DNA of 64,000 nt from Octopus vulgaris (taxonomy: Eukaryota). Where the stretch lies: contig OX597824.1 of NCBI GenBank assembly GCA_951406725.2, forward strand, positions 92,132,001 to 92,196,000, in the 5' to 3' direction. Under the pieces are notes generated by a model, which worked only from the letters and a program-made list of their open reading frames with translations, was not told the origin of the DNA and searched no databases. The position numbers and the translations under genes were made by a program. Shown here one piece after another: positions 24,780-36,994 of this stretch (the stretch's first letter is position 1; every line of letters begins with the position of its first letter).

Positions 24780-25005
24780 AAGAGGAGGGGGGACACAGAG
24801 AACAATGAAATATATTGTGCGTTTTTTAAGGTAGCGATGACAGAGAAAGTTATTACGGAAAGCGATCGACAACGAGGGTTATGGTGTGCGGTTATATTTA
24901 TTATAGACCTGTTGTGATAATAGTGGATAACAGTGGGTTTTATTGAGTAGAACTGCATCGTTACCAAGCAAAGCTTTCAGTAAAGAATGGTGTGCGTATG
25001 CTGTT

Positions 25006-25076
<71 letters not shown>

Positions 25077-25161
25077 AATCTGAGTAAATGCATAAATATA
25101 TATACATACACACACACACACACAAACACACACACATATATATATATATAAATGTATGTAA

Positions 25162-25196
<35 letters not shown>

Positions 25197-25211
25197 TGTA
25201 TGTATGCATGT

Positions 25212-25257
<46 letters not shown>

Positions 25258-25283
25258 AGAGAGAGCGTGAGAGAGACATATAT

Positions 25284-25337
<54 letters not shown>

Positions 25338-25610
25338 GAATACATAAAGATGCATATACATATATGTGTGTGTACATATGTACTCATATATATTGATGTC
25401 CATATTTACGTATATAGGGATAAATGTCTATGCTTATACGTGTGTATATATATATATGTACGCATACACACAATATATACTCACACACACACACCTATAT
25501 ATATATATATATATGTGTGTGTGTATGTGTGTGTGTGTGTGTGTGTGTATGTATATGTATATATATAGATGTATGTATGTATATGAATGTATATATGTAT
25601 GTATATATGA

Positions 25611-25643
<33 letters not shown>

Positions 25644-26601
25644 TATATGTTTTTCTTTCTACATACAAACATACCCCTATATGGGAGATCGCACGTTTTT
25701 ATGCGTAGAGTTTGCATCTCATATATAACAGCCTTTGGTTATTATAGTTATACGCATATACGATAAATTTGAAAATTTGATTTGTGAGACAATAAAAGAA
25801 TGCATATACATACTATACATCTGGGAAAATACACAGATATATATGTATAAACAAATGTATATATAAATATATGTATATATATAAAAATGCGTGTGTGTAA
25901 ATGTTTGTATATATGCATACATTAATAGATATATATGTATACAAAAAGAGTTTGTGTTGATGTGTTTGTATATATGTGTAAATCTTTGCACATGTTCTTG
26001 TAAGTAGGTTGTATAATTTTCTCTGCTCGTGTACATGTATGTATATATTCTAATGCATGTGTACGTTCGTGTGTACACTTGTAAGAGCATGCTTATGTAT
26101 GAAAAGCCTCACCCTTAATATTCTTGTGGACAATTGATAGCATATCCACAGGCAGCTTCAGAAACAATGCATTTAAGGCTGAATCTATAGCTTCAGCAAA
26201 GAAAGAAAATCCAATATTCAAATAAAACATTTATGTAACACAATCACACACACACACACCCACACACACACACACACATACGAATACTCACACGCGCATA
26301 GAGACGAGCAAACACACAGACACAGACCTTAAGCAGCTATAACAAATGGTAATACAAAATCGATAAAGATTACAAAACGTTGAACAAAATGGTGAACACA
26401 TTAGAAAAAGGCCCTATCGCTGCGTTATCATAAATTGTTGAAAAGCTTTGCTTTGTGCGAGCTTTGACACAGATAATCCAATAAGGGCCTCGGTTAGATC
26501 TCGGCATGGGGTTTCAAAACAGTAATTAATTAGATCTAACCATGGGGATCTAGGGGAAGCCGCTCGTTATATATGTATGTAATACATGTACGAGTGATGT
26601 A

Positions 26602-26666
<65 letters not shown>

Positions 26667-26723
26667 GTATGTATATATATATGTGTGTATATATATATGT
26701 ATAAATATGTATGTATAAATATG

Positions 26724-26781
<58 letters not shown>

Positions 26782-27185
26782 CATATATATACATAATATA
26801 TACATACACACATATATGGGTGTGTGTGCGTGCATGTTTTTGCGTTTCTGCGTCGGATGAATGTGTGCATATATATCGAACGTATGCATCTATGTTTCTA
26901 TTCATTTATTTATACACACACGCACACACTCTCACACACATGCACAAACACACACACATATATATATGTGTGTATATACGTGCAGATATGAATATACAAA
27001 TATGCCTATATAAATGCATATATATGTATATGTGCGTGTTTACACATTCATACATATATAGACATACATATGTATATATGCATGGTTGTATATGCATATA
27101 CACGTGGGTGTAAAGACATGCGCATGTATACATACACGCACAAGCACATACACATACACAGATATATATGAATACATATGGGCAA

Positions 27186-27227
<42 letters not shown>

Positions 27228-28719
27228 GCAAACATACGTACATACATACATACATACGTACATACATACATACATACATACATACATACACGTGCATGCA
27301 GGCTCATAAGCGTATAGATAGTGGCAAGCACACACATTACACTTTCGCCCTCACGCACATTTATGTATGTATATAAGAGCATACAGAGATAAATGTATAA
27401 GCGCATTTTATATGTATGTATGTGTGCATGTGTGTGTGTATATATATATATATATTTTATACACACACAGATATATATATATATATAAAACCTGCGTATA
27501 CACATCAGCACAGGATATAACATGTTGCCTGAACCGCATACATATACATATATACACATGTACTTTTTATTATTCAAAAAAAAAATTATTATTGAAATCC
27601 TGTGATGTGAAACGGCCCCCATGAAAATATCTGCAGAAATTTTTTTTTCATATATCTACACAATTTTTGAATTTCAAACGATCTATGCACGATAGCTGTA
27701 CATGCTTATATTAGTTTTCAAGTTTGTTTTGATAATATGGCATTCATTTATTTTTATTTCAATCTCTGCTGCATGTTATATTTTTCGCGTGAATATTAAA
27801 TTTAGTATTTTTTGTTTAATGCTATCCTCATGACACGATCTACAATGGTGACAAAATGTATTTTGTCATTCAGCTTAACTCTTAGTTAGTTTATGATGAC
27901 ATCAATACAATTTGTGACAATATATGATGTTAGCTTTCGTTCAAGAGGGATCGGAAAATCTTGATACAGCAACTCTTCGCTTTTCCTTTCTTTATTGTAT
28001 TGTGTTTATTATATGGGGTTGGTTCCCATCCTATCATTTTTTATCTAATGAATTTTCAGGGTTTTTGATCTATTAGTAAATCGATAATTTGGAGTGCCGG
28101 TTATAGAGCTTCAGTATAGTTAGCGTGCAGAATCCAGTCGCCAAATATTTCATAAAAATTCTTATGCATTTGTTTGAAGTGGAAGCTTTAGGTCAAGTTG
28201 CCTTCAAGAAAGAACCGCAGCGAAATCCAAAGCAGCTTTCTGTGATAATGCATATCTGTGCATCTACACTGCCTTGCTTAATATTCCAGTTTCAATTCCG
28301 AAATTTTTTGAAGAATAGTACAGTTAGATTATTTCTATGGTATTAAAAATGCAATGGGGTGGTCAAAAGTATCTCACATTTTTAATGGTGAAAGTGAATA
28401 TATATGAAGCATCTATAACTTGGAGCAAAATATTTCTCTAGAAAAGCATCCGTTTGTAACCGATTCTTTTCATTTTTCACCGATATACATCATGGAAAGA
28501 TTTTTACATGCACATATTTAGGAATTCAGCATACTTCCATAAAATTCGTGTCTACGAAAATTGCACTCTCAAGGTATTACCCGAGTGAAGATACTTTCTC
28601 CAGCAGCATAGGATCCGCACAACGTTTCTCCGAAGGGAACTCTTAACTGCACACTCGTCCCTGAACTTTTAGAACAGAGGCTTTTCTTGCCTTCACATAA
28701 CAAAAACAAGGTTATATAA

Positions 28720-28787
28720 AACTTAGATAACTTAGATATGTTTCGACCAGAGATTGGTCCAGGCCATGTCTAACTTAATAGCACCAC
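28720..28787 (-). mobile_element. Third, very short copy of the same LINE 3' tail
   Basis: aacttagataacttagatatgtttcgaccagagattggtccaggccatgtctaacttaatagcaccac matches the reverse complement of ~55732-55799. Confidence 0.8.
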
Positions 28788-29455
28788 TCAGGCACTAAAC
28801 ACTAAATTTCCCATTTTATTTGGAGAAAATTTGAACCAGATTTTTAATCACAGGAATATATTAACCCGTTAATAGATTTATGATTAACGGGTTATTTCTT
28901 AATTTTCATTTACCACATTCGGATGGCTATTCATTTATTTGTTAGAACTTCACCTACCCTAGATATAAGCTGAACTGCACCCGGATCCGATCTCAATTGC
29001 CCGTTTTAGAGAGCCGGATATTTGCGATAACAAGCCATGTCTTTATGCTGTGTTAATTGATCATCAAAGAATGACAGAATCGTACAGAAAGCTGCTTCGA
29101 TAATGAAACACAATAAGCACAATATGGATCATGTGGGGAAAATGGTTAATTAAATTGTTAATTAACAAATTTTTATTGATGTTTAGGTTATTTTCGAGAG
29201 TGACGTCATCACTTGTCGCGCAGTTCTGTGATTACAACTATATTTCTACGACCCTGTCTAATTCTAAGACGCAATTTTCTCTCAAAATCTTTTAAAATAT
29301 CTCCCTGTTTCGAAATCAAGGCAGAGTGAGATTTGAACCAGGGTGCTGTATTCAGCGGACCCGATGAACACATTGACCCTTCATTGAAAATAAAAGGGAT
29401 ATAATGATAAATCTCAGAGCGAGTTATATGTCAATCGACACTGGAAAAAGTATAT

Positions 29456-29700
29456 GTATTTGTGAAGGGAGCTGACTTCTCGTCGACAACCATGATTGTC
29501 ACACGCTGACGATAGGTAAACACCTTGAAACTCGAGTCCGTGTGTATCATGAGTTGAAGACGGGGAGGATGACTTCCCTTCACAAATACTGAGAGGGCAC
29601 AGATAGTGTGTCTATAGCCAGCTGGAGGAGATATCTTCCTGGGGCTACAAACTACAGTAGCATCCACCCTTAGGGGTTAGCCATATTCAAATGGCAAATA
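29456..29700 (+). ncRNA. Type I hammerhead ribozyme at the apex of a long rod-like hairpin; retrozyme-like monomer
   Basis: Stem I CACACG(29500-05)/CGTGTG(29539-44); core CTGACGA(29506-12); stem II AGGT-aaac-ACCT closed by U.U; GAAA(29527-30); stem III AC-tcga-GT (palindrome ACTCGAGT); cleavage triplet GUC ending 29538. Stem I extends via CATGAT/ATCATG, CAAC/GTTG, CTTCTCGTC/GACGGGGAG and a perfect 15 bp GTATTTGTGAAGGGA/TCCCTTCACAAATAC. Confidence 0.88.
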
Positions 29701-29832
29701 TGCGTCACAAAAAAGGGATATATATATATATATATATACCTACATAATACTTTTGATTGTAGGTATATATGAATATAAGTAGATGCGGTATATAGTTATA
29801 AATGCATATCTATCAATCAATTAATCAATCTG

Positions 29833-30045
<213 letters not shown>

Positions 30046-30272
30046 TTATTTGTGTGTGTGTTTGTGCGTGTGTGATTCTTTATTATGATAGTGTTCCAGT
30101 TACTTGGAGAGGGGTGTATATACGTACACACAAACATACAGACATATATTCTTTTATTCTTTTATTTAATTTATGTGTTTATATACTGGTGCATCCGTGT
30201 TTGTCCCCTCAACATCGCTTGACAACCGATGCTGGTGTGTTGGTTACGTATATATATATATATGTTTCTCTC

Positions 30273-30329
<57 letters not shown>

Positions 30330-31479
30330 AACAAGGAATAACAAACAAACATATGACGGGCTTCCAACACTCTTACAGTTTCTATCAATCAAATTCCATT
30401 AACATAGATTAGTTAATCTGATGATATATTCGAGGATTCCTGTTATCTGAAGCTATATTCGAGGATTCCTATATTCGTAAATTCCTATATTCAAGGATTC
30501 CTGATACACCTTGCCATCGAGTCGGCGAATACAGAATTGTGAAGCAAAATTCTAAATCGCAGATCTTGCGCGGCACCTAACTAAATGAAGTGTAGGAGAT
30601 AAATTTTTGATGGTGATATCTATTTTCTATTCTCTCCGAGATTAAAAAATGAATGCATTCTGAAAATGGTATTTAAACGAGGTCCAAGACCCTTGTCATA
30701 ATATACTTTAGTAGTTTCTTTCACAATCATACTGCTTCATAAATAGTGAATAATTATTTCCTAATGGACATGAAAACGTTTCAAATTAACAAACTCATTA
30801 TAATGTCAGATAAGGTGTTTTGTAGTATTTATTCAAACTCTCTAGACTCCGAATTCAAATGTGGCCGAGGGAAATCTTCCCTTTTTTATTCAATTCGCAG
30901 GTCGAGAAATAGATAACATTCCTGTGCAGTTGATTCGCCAAATCATTAGAACGTTGGGGCTGGTGCCAACCATTATTTGTTTCGCTTCCTACTTATTTGA
31001 GCTGAAAATTCGCACTGGCTTGCGAGTGCTGTAGACTTATTTCGTATCCTGTGCAACAGTAAGGGCTGGAGTTTGGGTACATTTTATGAGTTGCAGTAAG
31101 ACTCCGTGCTAGCATTTTCAAACATGTTTTAGTTGAAATAACACCGCGAGCCAATATCTTGGCTACAATTATTGGAATATGATATAGAAGCAAGGCTAGT
31201 GCAATACACATTATTGACCACACATACTTAAAGTATAACGCTTTGTGTATTTGTCTGTTGGCTGCGATATGGCGTAGTGGAGATGACTTTCTCAAAGCGC
31301 CGGGTGATAAAACACATGAAAATCATGAATATGCGCCTTTCCATGTCTGCAGAGATTTTAACAATTATTAGAAATCCAACTGCTGGAAGCAGTGGAGCCT
31401 GCTTTCAGTTCTAAAGATCCATTCCAACTCTCACTTGTTTGCGAGGCCTCATTGATACTGTATTTCATCCTGCCTACAA

Positions 31480-31660
31480 AAACCAACAAAAAGCAAACCA
31501 AACTAACGTTATATTGAGTCGTCAAAATGAAAATATATTATCTGCGTAATAGCAAAGCATGTTGGTATACTGGAAGATTTCGAAACGAGTTTATAATTGT
31601 GCATCGTATTTTTGGCATTAATAGTCATCAATAAAATGCAACAACTGCTGTTTCACTCTC
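31480..31660 (+). repeat. Dispersed direct repeat, copy 1
   Basis: aactaacgttatattga.tcgtcaaaatgaaaatatattatctgcgtaatagcaaagcatgttg shared with 34840-35008. Confidence 0.9.
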
Positions 31661-31951
31661 CAATATTGCCTACCAACTGCAGGAAATATGGCTACTTTAA
31701 AGCTTATTAATCCACTTATAAAACACCATTAATGAAATTTTAATTGTACTTACCAAAATGTCGGACAGCTCATCTCATAGTTCCGGTCTTTTGGTTGCTA
31801 TGGAGAATATATTGAAAATATATTGACTTTTCATTAACGTTCTGATTTCCAGACATATTCCCTTTCGCTTTTACCTGTTCGGTTTTAAAGTTGTTTTTAA
31901 TATTTGCTTTCGTGTTGTACGATATTTCAATAACATTATACACATCAATCA

Positions 31952-32020
31952 ACGTATATGTATGTATGTATGTATATATATATATGCGTGTGTGTGTGTG
32001 TGTGTGTATATATATTTATC

Positions 32021-32099
<79 letters not shown>

Positions 32100-32340
32100 C
32101 GTACATGTATATATATACATACATGCATATATATATATATATATACATACATACATATATATATATATATTTATACATATATATATATATTTATATATAC
32201 ATATATAAACATAGTTATATATATATATATATATATTTATATTTATAACTATATTTATATATGTATATATAAATATATTATATATATATATGTATGTATG
32301 TATGTATATATATATATAAATATATATATATATATGTATG

Positions 32341-32417
<77 letters not shown>

Positions 32418-32428
32418 GTGCATATATA
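31952..32428. repeat. Long interrupted (TA)n array
   Basis: Direct reading. Confidence 0.95.
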
Positions 32429-32755
32429 ATACATTCCCTTTGTATCGATCGACGTATATTCATTTGTCGGCCTTTCTTCAACGTTCGTTCTTGTCTGTCT
32501 CTCTAATTACGTCGCTTCCTCTTGTTGCATATTCCATCATTTACATCATTTGATGAAAAATATGTAAAAGTAAAACGAAGGCTAATGCTTTATATCAGTA
32601 ATGCTCACATTGCAAAGACTTAGACAATACATGTGTCTCGTTTAATTCCTTTGATGCTATACGGAGGATAAAACACGAAGAAGAAAATGCTATCCCCTTC
32701 GATAATTACCACTGTAATGCTGTCGTCTTCTGGGCGTGACTACCTGGGTATATTT

Positions 32756-33045
32756 GTGGAGGCACATGGCCTAGTGGTTAGAGCAGCGGACTCGCGGTCG
32801 GGGGATCGCGGGTTCGAATCTCAGACCGGGCGATTTGTGTGTTTATGAGCGAAACACCTAAGCTCCGCGGTAATGGCGAACTTCTGATGACTCTTTCGCC
32901 ACAACTTCCTCTCACTCTTCCCTCCTACATCTTGCAGCTCACCTGTGACGGACCGTCGTCCTGTCCAGGTGGGGAACTTATACGCGAAGGAAACCGGGAA
33001 ACTGGCCCTAAGGAGCCTGGCATGGCTTTAGAAGGAACAAACAAA
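32756..33045 (+). mobile_element. SINE family C
   Basis: A box TGGCCTAGTGG, B box GGTTCGAATC; tail ggaaaccgggaaactggcccta. Confidence 0.85.
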
Positions 33046-33429
33046 ACAACAACCTGGGTATATTTCATATTTCATGCTTTTGGATTACCTCAATGTTATT
33101 TCGCCCTACCATGCCTTCTATTTCCCAGTCTTGTAGTTGTCTTCCCCGATAGAACTTTGTTTCAGACCGTACTCTGCCATTCAGTTTTTATTATGTTACT
33201 TCATATGTAATTTTTGAGAACTACCGGTCCTTACCAGGATATGTTTTGTATATTCTCTTGCCAGTGTTTCTGTAGTAATCTAGAAAAGTTAGAGTATAAG
33301 AGCGCTAACCCTATGCCTAATCCCCTCCTCCTTTCTCAGTCGTATATAGGTCTGCCAATATGTACATGTGCGTATGAGTCTGTGTCTGGATATGGGTGTG
33401 AAGGCATCTCAATTTTCTATATCATATCA

Positions 33430-34125
33430 GTTACAAATTTTTGTATAAGGCCATCAGTTGAGGTGGAAGGGGAAAAACGATTGCATTGACCCCGATGTTC
33501 AACTGGTACTTATTTTATCGACCTCAAAAGCATAATAGGCAACGTCAACCTCGGCGAACTCAGAACGTGAGGATAGACGCAATACCGCCAATATATTTGT
33601 CCGGCGTGCTAACGATTCAGCGAGCACGATGCCCTAATTTTGGTATAATGCCAGGAATTTTGAGTATGGAGGGAAGTAGAATATATTGCTCTCAGTAATT
33701 AATTCGCTCTTATTTTATTATTCAAAGAATTCCTTGGAATTTGAACACAGAACGAAAAGACGGACGAAATGCCACTAAGAATTTTAGAGATTTTGCTTAA
33801 CGATTCTGCCAATTGGTTACCTTAGTTTTCTACATCATAGGGATTTGAAATTTAAGCTCAAGTCTATGAAAAATCCTATGCCTTCCACTTGACCATGTCA
33901 CTTTACTTTTCGTAATTTGTGAATCTCACGGAGTTCAGTAAGTCTTATTTCTTTATTGTTCGGGGCAAACAAGGACAGACAAAGGGATTGAGTCGATTAC
34001 ATCAACTCCAGTGCGTACCTGGTACTTAATTTATCGACTCCGAAAAGATGAAAGGTAAAGTCCAACTCAGAACGTAACGGCAGACGAAATACTGCTAAGC
34101 CTTTCGCCCGGCGCGCTAACGTTTC
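33430..34125 (-). mobile_element. Cluster of three degenerate family B SINEs (about 33430-33630, 33640-33820, 33940-34125)
   Basis: Repeated actggtacttattttatcgac..aactcagaacgt..ccggcgtgctaacg motifs. Confidence 0.7.
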
Positions 34126-34839
34126 TATAGCAAGTGATAGAGAGAGACAGAGGGGGAAGAGAGAAAGAGTGTGTGTGTGTGTGTGTGGTAGTTGGGTACC
34201 CGTGCACTTTGGAGATGAGTGTAAAAGAATATCAATTCACCACAAAATTAAATTTATGCTGGTTGTAACTACACATTTGTAGAACATTTTACAATGCAAT
34301 TTTTGGTATACACATTTATATACTCCGTCGTTTATTTATGCAGTTGCTGTGACGGTGTTTCATTACAGCTAATGATGTTGTTTAAACTCCAGCTCAGCCT
34401 GAATACAATTCGTTTGATATCCATCGCAGTACGGCCATAATAATTTCGCCAACATTTCTGCAGTTTTGTCTCCATAATCGAATCTGCCATTCAAGTTTTT
34501 AATACTGCTATGTGTGATATCATGGAATTTCAATTGCTGTTTTGAACAAGTCACACGTCGACACACGAGAACCTTCATTAGTATAATCAGAACTGACGAA
34601 CCAGCTACTGTTGTGCTTAAATAGAGGCCGGCCGTGATCCACACTATCGACAGTCAAAAGTATTTCAATCATGATAATCCCATATTTTTCTCGTATTTTC
34701 TGGCAAAGGATTATCCTGTTATCACAAGTAATTTTCTTAAGATGATAAGGTGTCAATTGATAACGATTTGGTTGTTATTTCTAACTCAATGAAACACCAA
34801 TGTAGAGAGTTCCTCGTTGACACATTTCAACCTTCCAAG

Positions 34840-35008
34840 AAAAACAACAAAAGCCAAGAAAACTAACGTTATATTGATTCGTCAAAATGAAAATATATTA
34901 TCTGCGTAATAGCAAAGCATGTTGATATACTGGAAGATTTCTGAACGAGTATATAATTGTTCGTCGTATTTTTGGCATTAATAGTCATCAACTGCTGTTT
35001 CTTTCTCA
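34840..35008 (+). repeat. Dispersed direct repeat, copy 2
   Basis: 3360 bp downstream of copy 1, with a short deletion near the 3' end. Confidence 0.9.
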
Positions 35009-35410
35009 AATGTGCTCCCTCTTCGAAATGTGTTGGGGGATTTCGCCTGTCATAGATATCTGATCTCTAGTTATTTTGCAATTCTCTTCAAAGTTAATAT
35101 CGCTATGTGTCAAAGCCATTTTTCGATCCTTGATGTTACAGTTTTAAATGCTACATGGTTGTCATAAATGAAATACTTAATTACTTTGAACGTTTTCTCA
35201 ACAAAATAGCAACAGCAACAACAAAAAACAATTCAATTTCATTGTCTTCCTTTGTGGATTGTTCCGCTCACTGCAATGTTGTCAACAAGGATTCGTTGAT
35301 TTAGCTACAACATAATTCTATGCTGGATACATTGTTTTATTTTATGTCCTGCTTGTTAAAAGGCTGTGTTCTTTATACTTCAGCTGTGTGACACCTCGTT
35401 ATTATTGGTA

Positions 35411-35735
35411 GTGAAGGCACGTAGCTTAATGGTTAGAGCTTTCGACTCACGATCGAAAGGTCGTGAGTTCAATTCCCGGCGAAGCTTTGTGTCCTAGAGC
35501 AAAACACTTTATTTCACATTGTTCCAGTCCACTCAGCTGGAAAAAATGAGTAGTATCTGTATTTCAAATGGCCGGCCTTGTCACACTTTTTATCACGCCG
35601 AATCTACTTGAGAACAACGTTAAGGGTACACGTGTTTTTGGAGTGCTCAGCCAGTTGCACGTTAATTTCACGAGCAAGCTGTTCTGTTGATCGAATCAGC
35701 TGGAACTCTCATCACCGTAACCGACAGAGTGCTCT
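35411..35735 (+). mobile_element. SINE family C (tail variant shared with 52770 and 46497)
   Basis: tRNA head, gtgtcctagagcaaaacactttatttcacattgttccagtccactcagctgg, then gagaacaacgttaagggtacacgtg. Confidence 0.85.
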
Positions 35736-35812
35736 TTCTATTATTGTTCATAACTTACTGATATATTGCTGTTGTTGCTTAGTCGTGGGCCCGCCTTAAT
35801 GTTATAGAATTG

Positions 35813-35881
<69 letters not shown>

Positions 35882-36057
35882 GCCTATCGGGAACAAGCCA
35901 TTAAGCCCTGGAAGGGATCCATATATATATAGCCAAGGGAAACAACCCATTCATTTCCCTAAATTATTTGGTATAAATCAAATTGAGTTTTGCTTATTTA
36001 TTGGTATTTGAACTGTTAGAATTATTTTCTCATTTTATCCAGTACAACATATAAACA

Positions 36058-36292
36058 GGTAAGAGGAAAAGAATCCTATCACATTTAAACGGTGTCTGGA
36101 CAGATTTCTTCAAGGATTACCGGATAAGCCACCCATACCTGGAAACAACTTACTCAATAAGAACTCACTACCTTGAATGGTCCATAAACAAAACTTGACT
36201 TGAACAGGATTTAGATAATCCTATCAGGTGGTGCTATTAAATTAGATATGGTCTGGACCAGTCTTTGGTCGAAACATATCTAAGTTTATCTA

Positions 36293-36298
<6 letters not shown>
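36058..36298 (+). mobile_element. Second copy of the same LINE 3' end
   Basis: Aligns with 55578-55800 including the tail repeat. Confidence 0.8.
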
Positions 36299-36346
<48 letters not shown>

Positions 36347-36354
36347 CATATATA

Positions 36355-36545
36355 GGGGGAGAGTTCACGAAAAAACAAAAGACGAATTCAGGTGGTGTAT
36401 AAAACAATCAGGTGTATTAGTATAACGCTCAGGAATAGAAAAGGTCTTTTACGTTTCGAGCCTACGCTCTTCTACAGAAAGGGACACAGAAAAAAAGCAA
36501 GGAGAGAAACAAGAAGAGAAAAAATGTGTGTAGTGGCTACCGATA
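36355..36545 (-). mobile_element. Short Penelope-type element with minimal hammerhead-like motif (36446-36481), core CUGUAGA
   Basis: Minus strand: CUUU-CUGUAGA-A-GAGC guag GCUC-GAAA-CG-UA/AAAG; homologous to 17365-17551; abuts (TA)n. Confidence 0.65.
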
Positions 36546-36624
36546 ATAATTACATTAATATATATGTATACGTATGTATATGTTGCTATGGTTGGCATTT
36601 CCTATGCTGCTGCTGTTGCTGTTG

Positions 36625-36994
36625 CTGTTGAGCGAACGGTCTTCGTCCCAGAGCTCACAAGATGGGAGAAGTCCGAAACGTGGTCCTTTGCTATTCGTAA
36701 GACCCACAGAAGAGAAAGCAGGTCAACCCCCGACACCTAGAGCCTCGACGGATGGATGAATGCGCATCCAGGCTCAGCGGTTGCGTAGAAAGTCGGGGAC
36801 AAGAAACAGGAAGAAAGAGTGAGAGAAAGTTGGGGCGAAAGAGTACAACAGGTGTCGCCACCACCCCCTGCCGGAGCCTCGTGGCGCTTTTAGGTGGCAC
36901 TCAATAAACACACACAACGCCCGGTCTGGGAATCGAAACTGCGATCCTCCGACTGCGAGTCCGCTGCCCTAACGACTGGGTCATTGCGCCTCCA
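36625..36994 (-). mobile_element. SINE family C with a different 3' extension
   Basis: 36800-36994 matches the reverse complement of the 52770-52965 head; 36625-36795 is a distinct GC-richer segment. Confidence 0.75.

Noticed and set aside
28350-28460. ggggtggtcaaaagt as a Tc1/mariner TIR
   Set aside because: No partner TIR or transposase similarity nearby.
30425-30503. Four copies of atattcgaggattcct-like 16-mers, superficially CRISPR-like
   Set aside because: Mostly head-to-tail without unique regular spacers, inside a decayed SINE in eukaryotic DNA: a minisatellite.
30993-31295. 100-aa non-repetitive ORF (and the 91-aa ORF at 34369-34644)
   Set aside because: No recognisable domain or convincing splice structure; this length is expected by chance.
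32756-32830. tRNA-like sequences with A and B boxes (also 51141, 52770, 59546)
   Set aside because: They are SINE heads: no proper acceptor stem, and they continue into shared SINE bodies.
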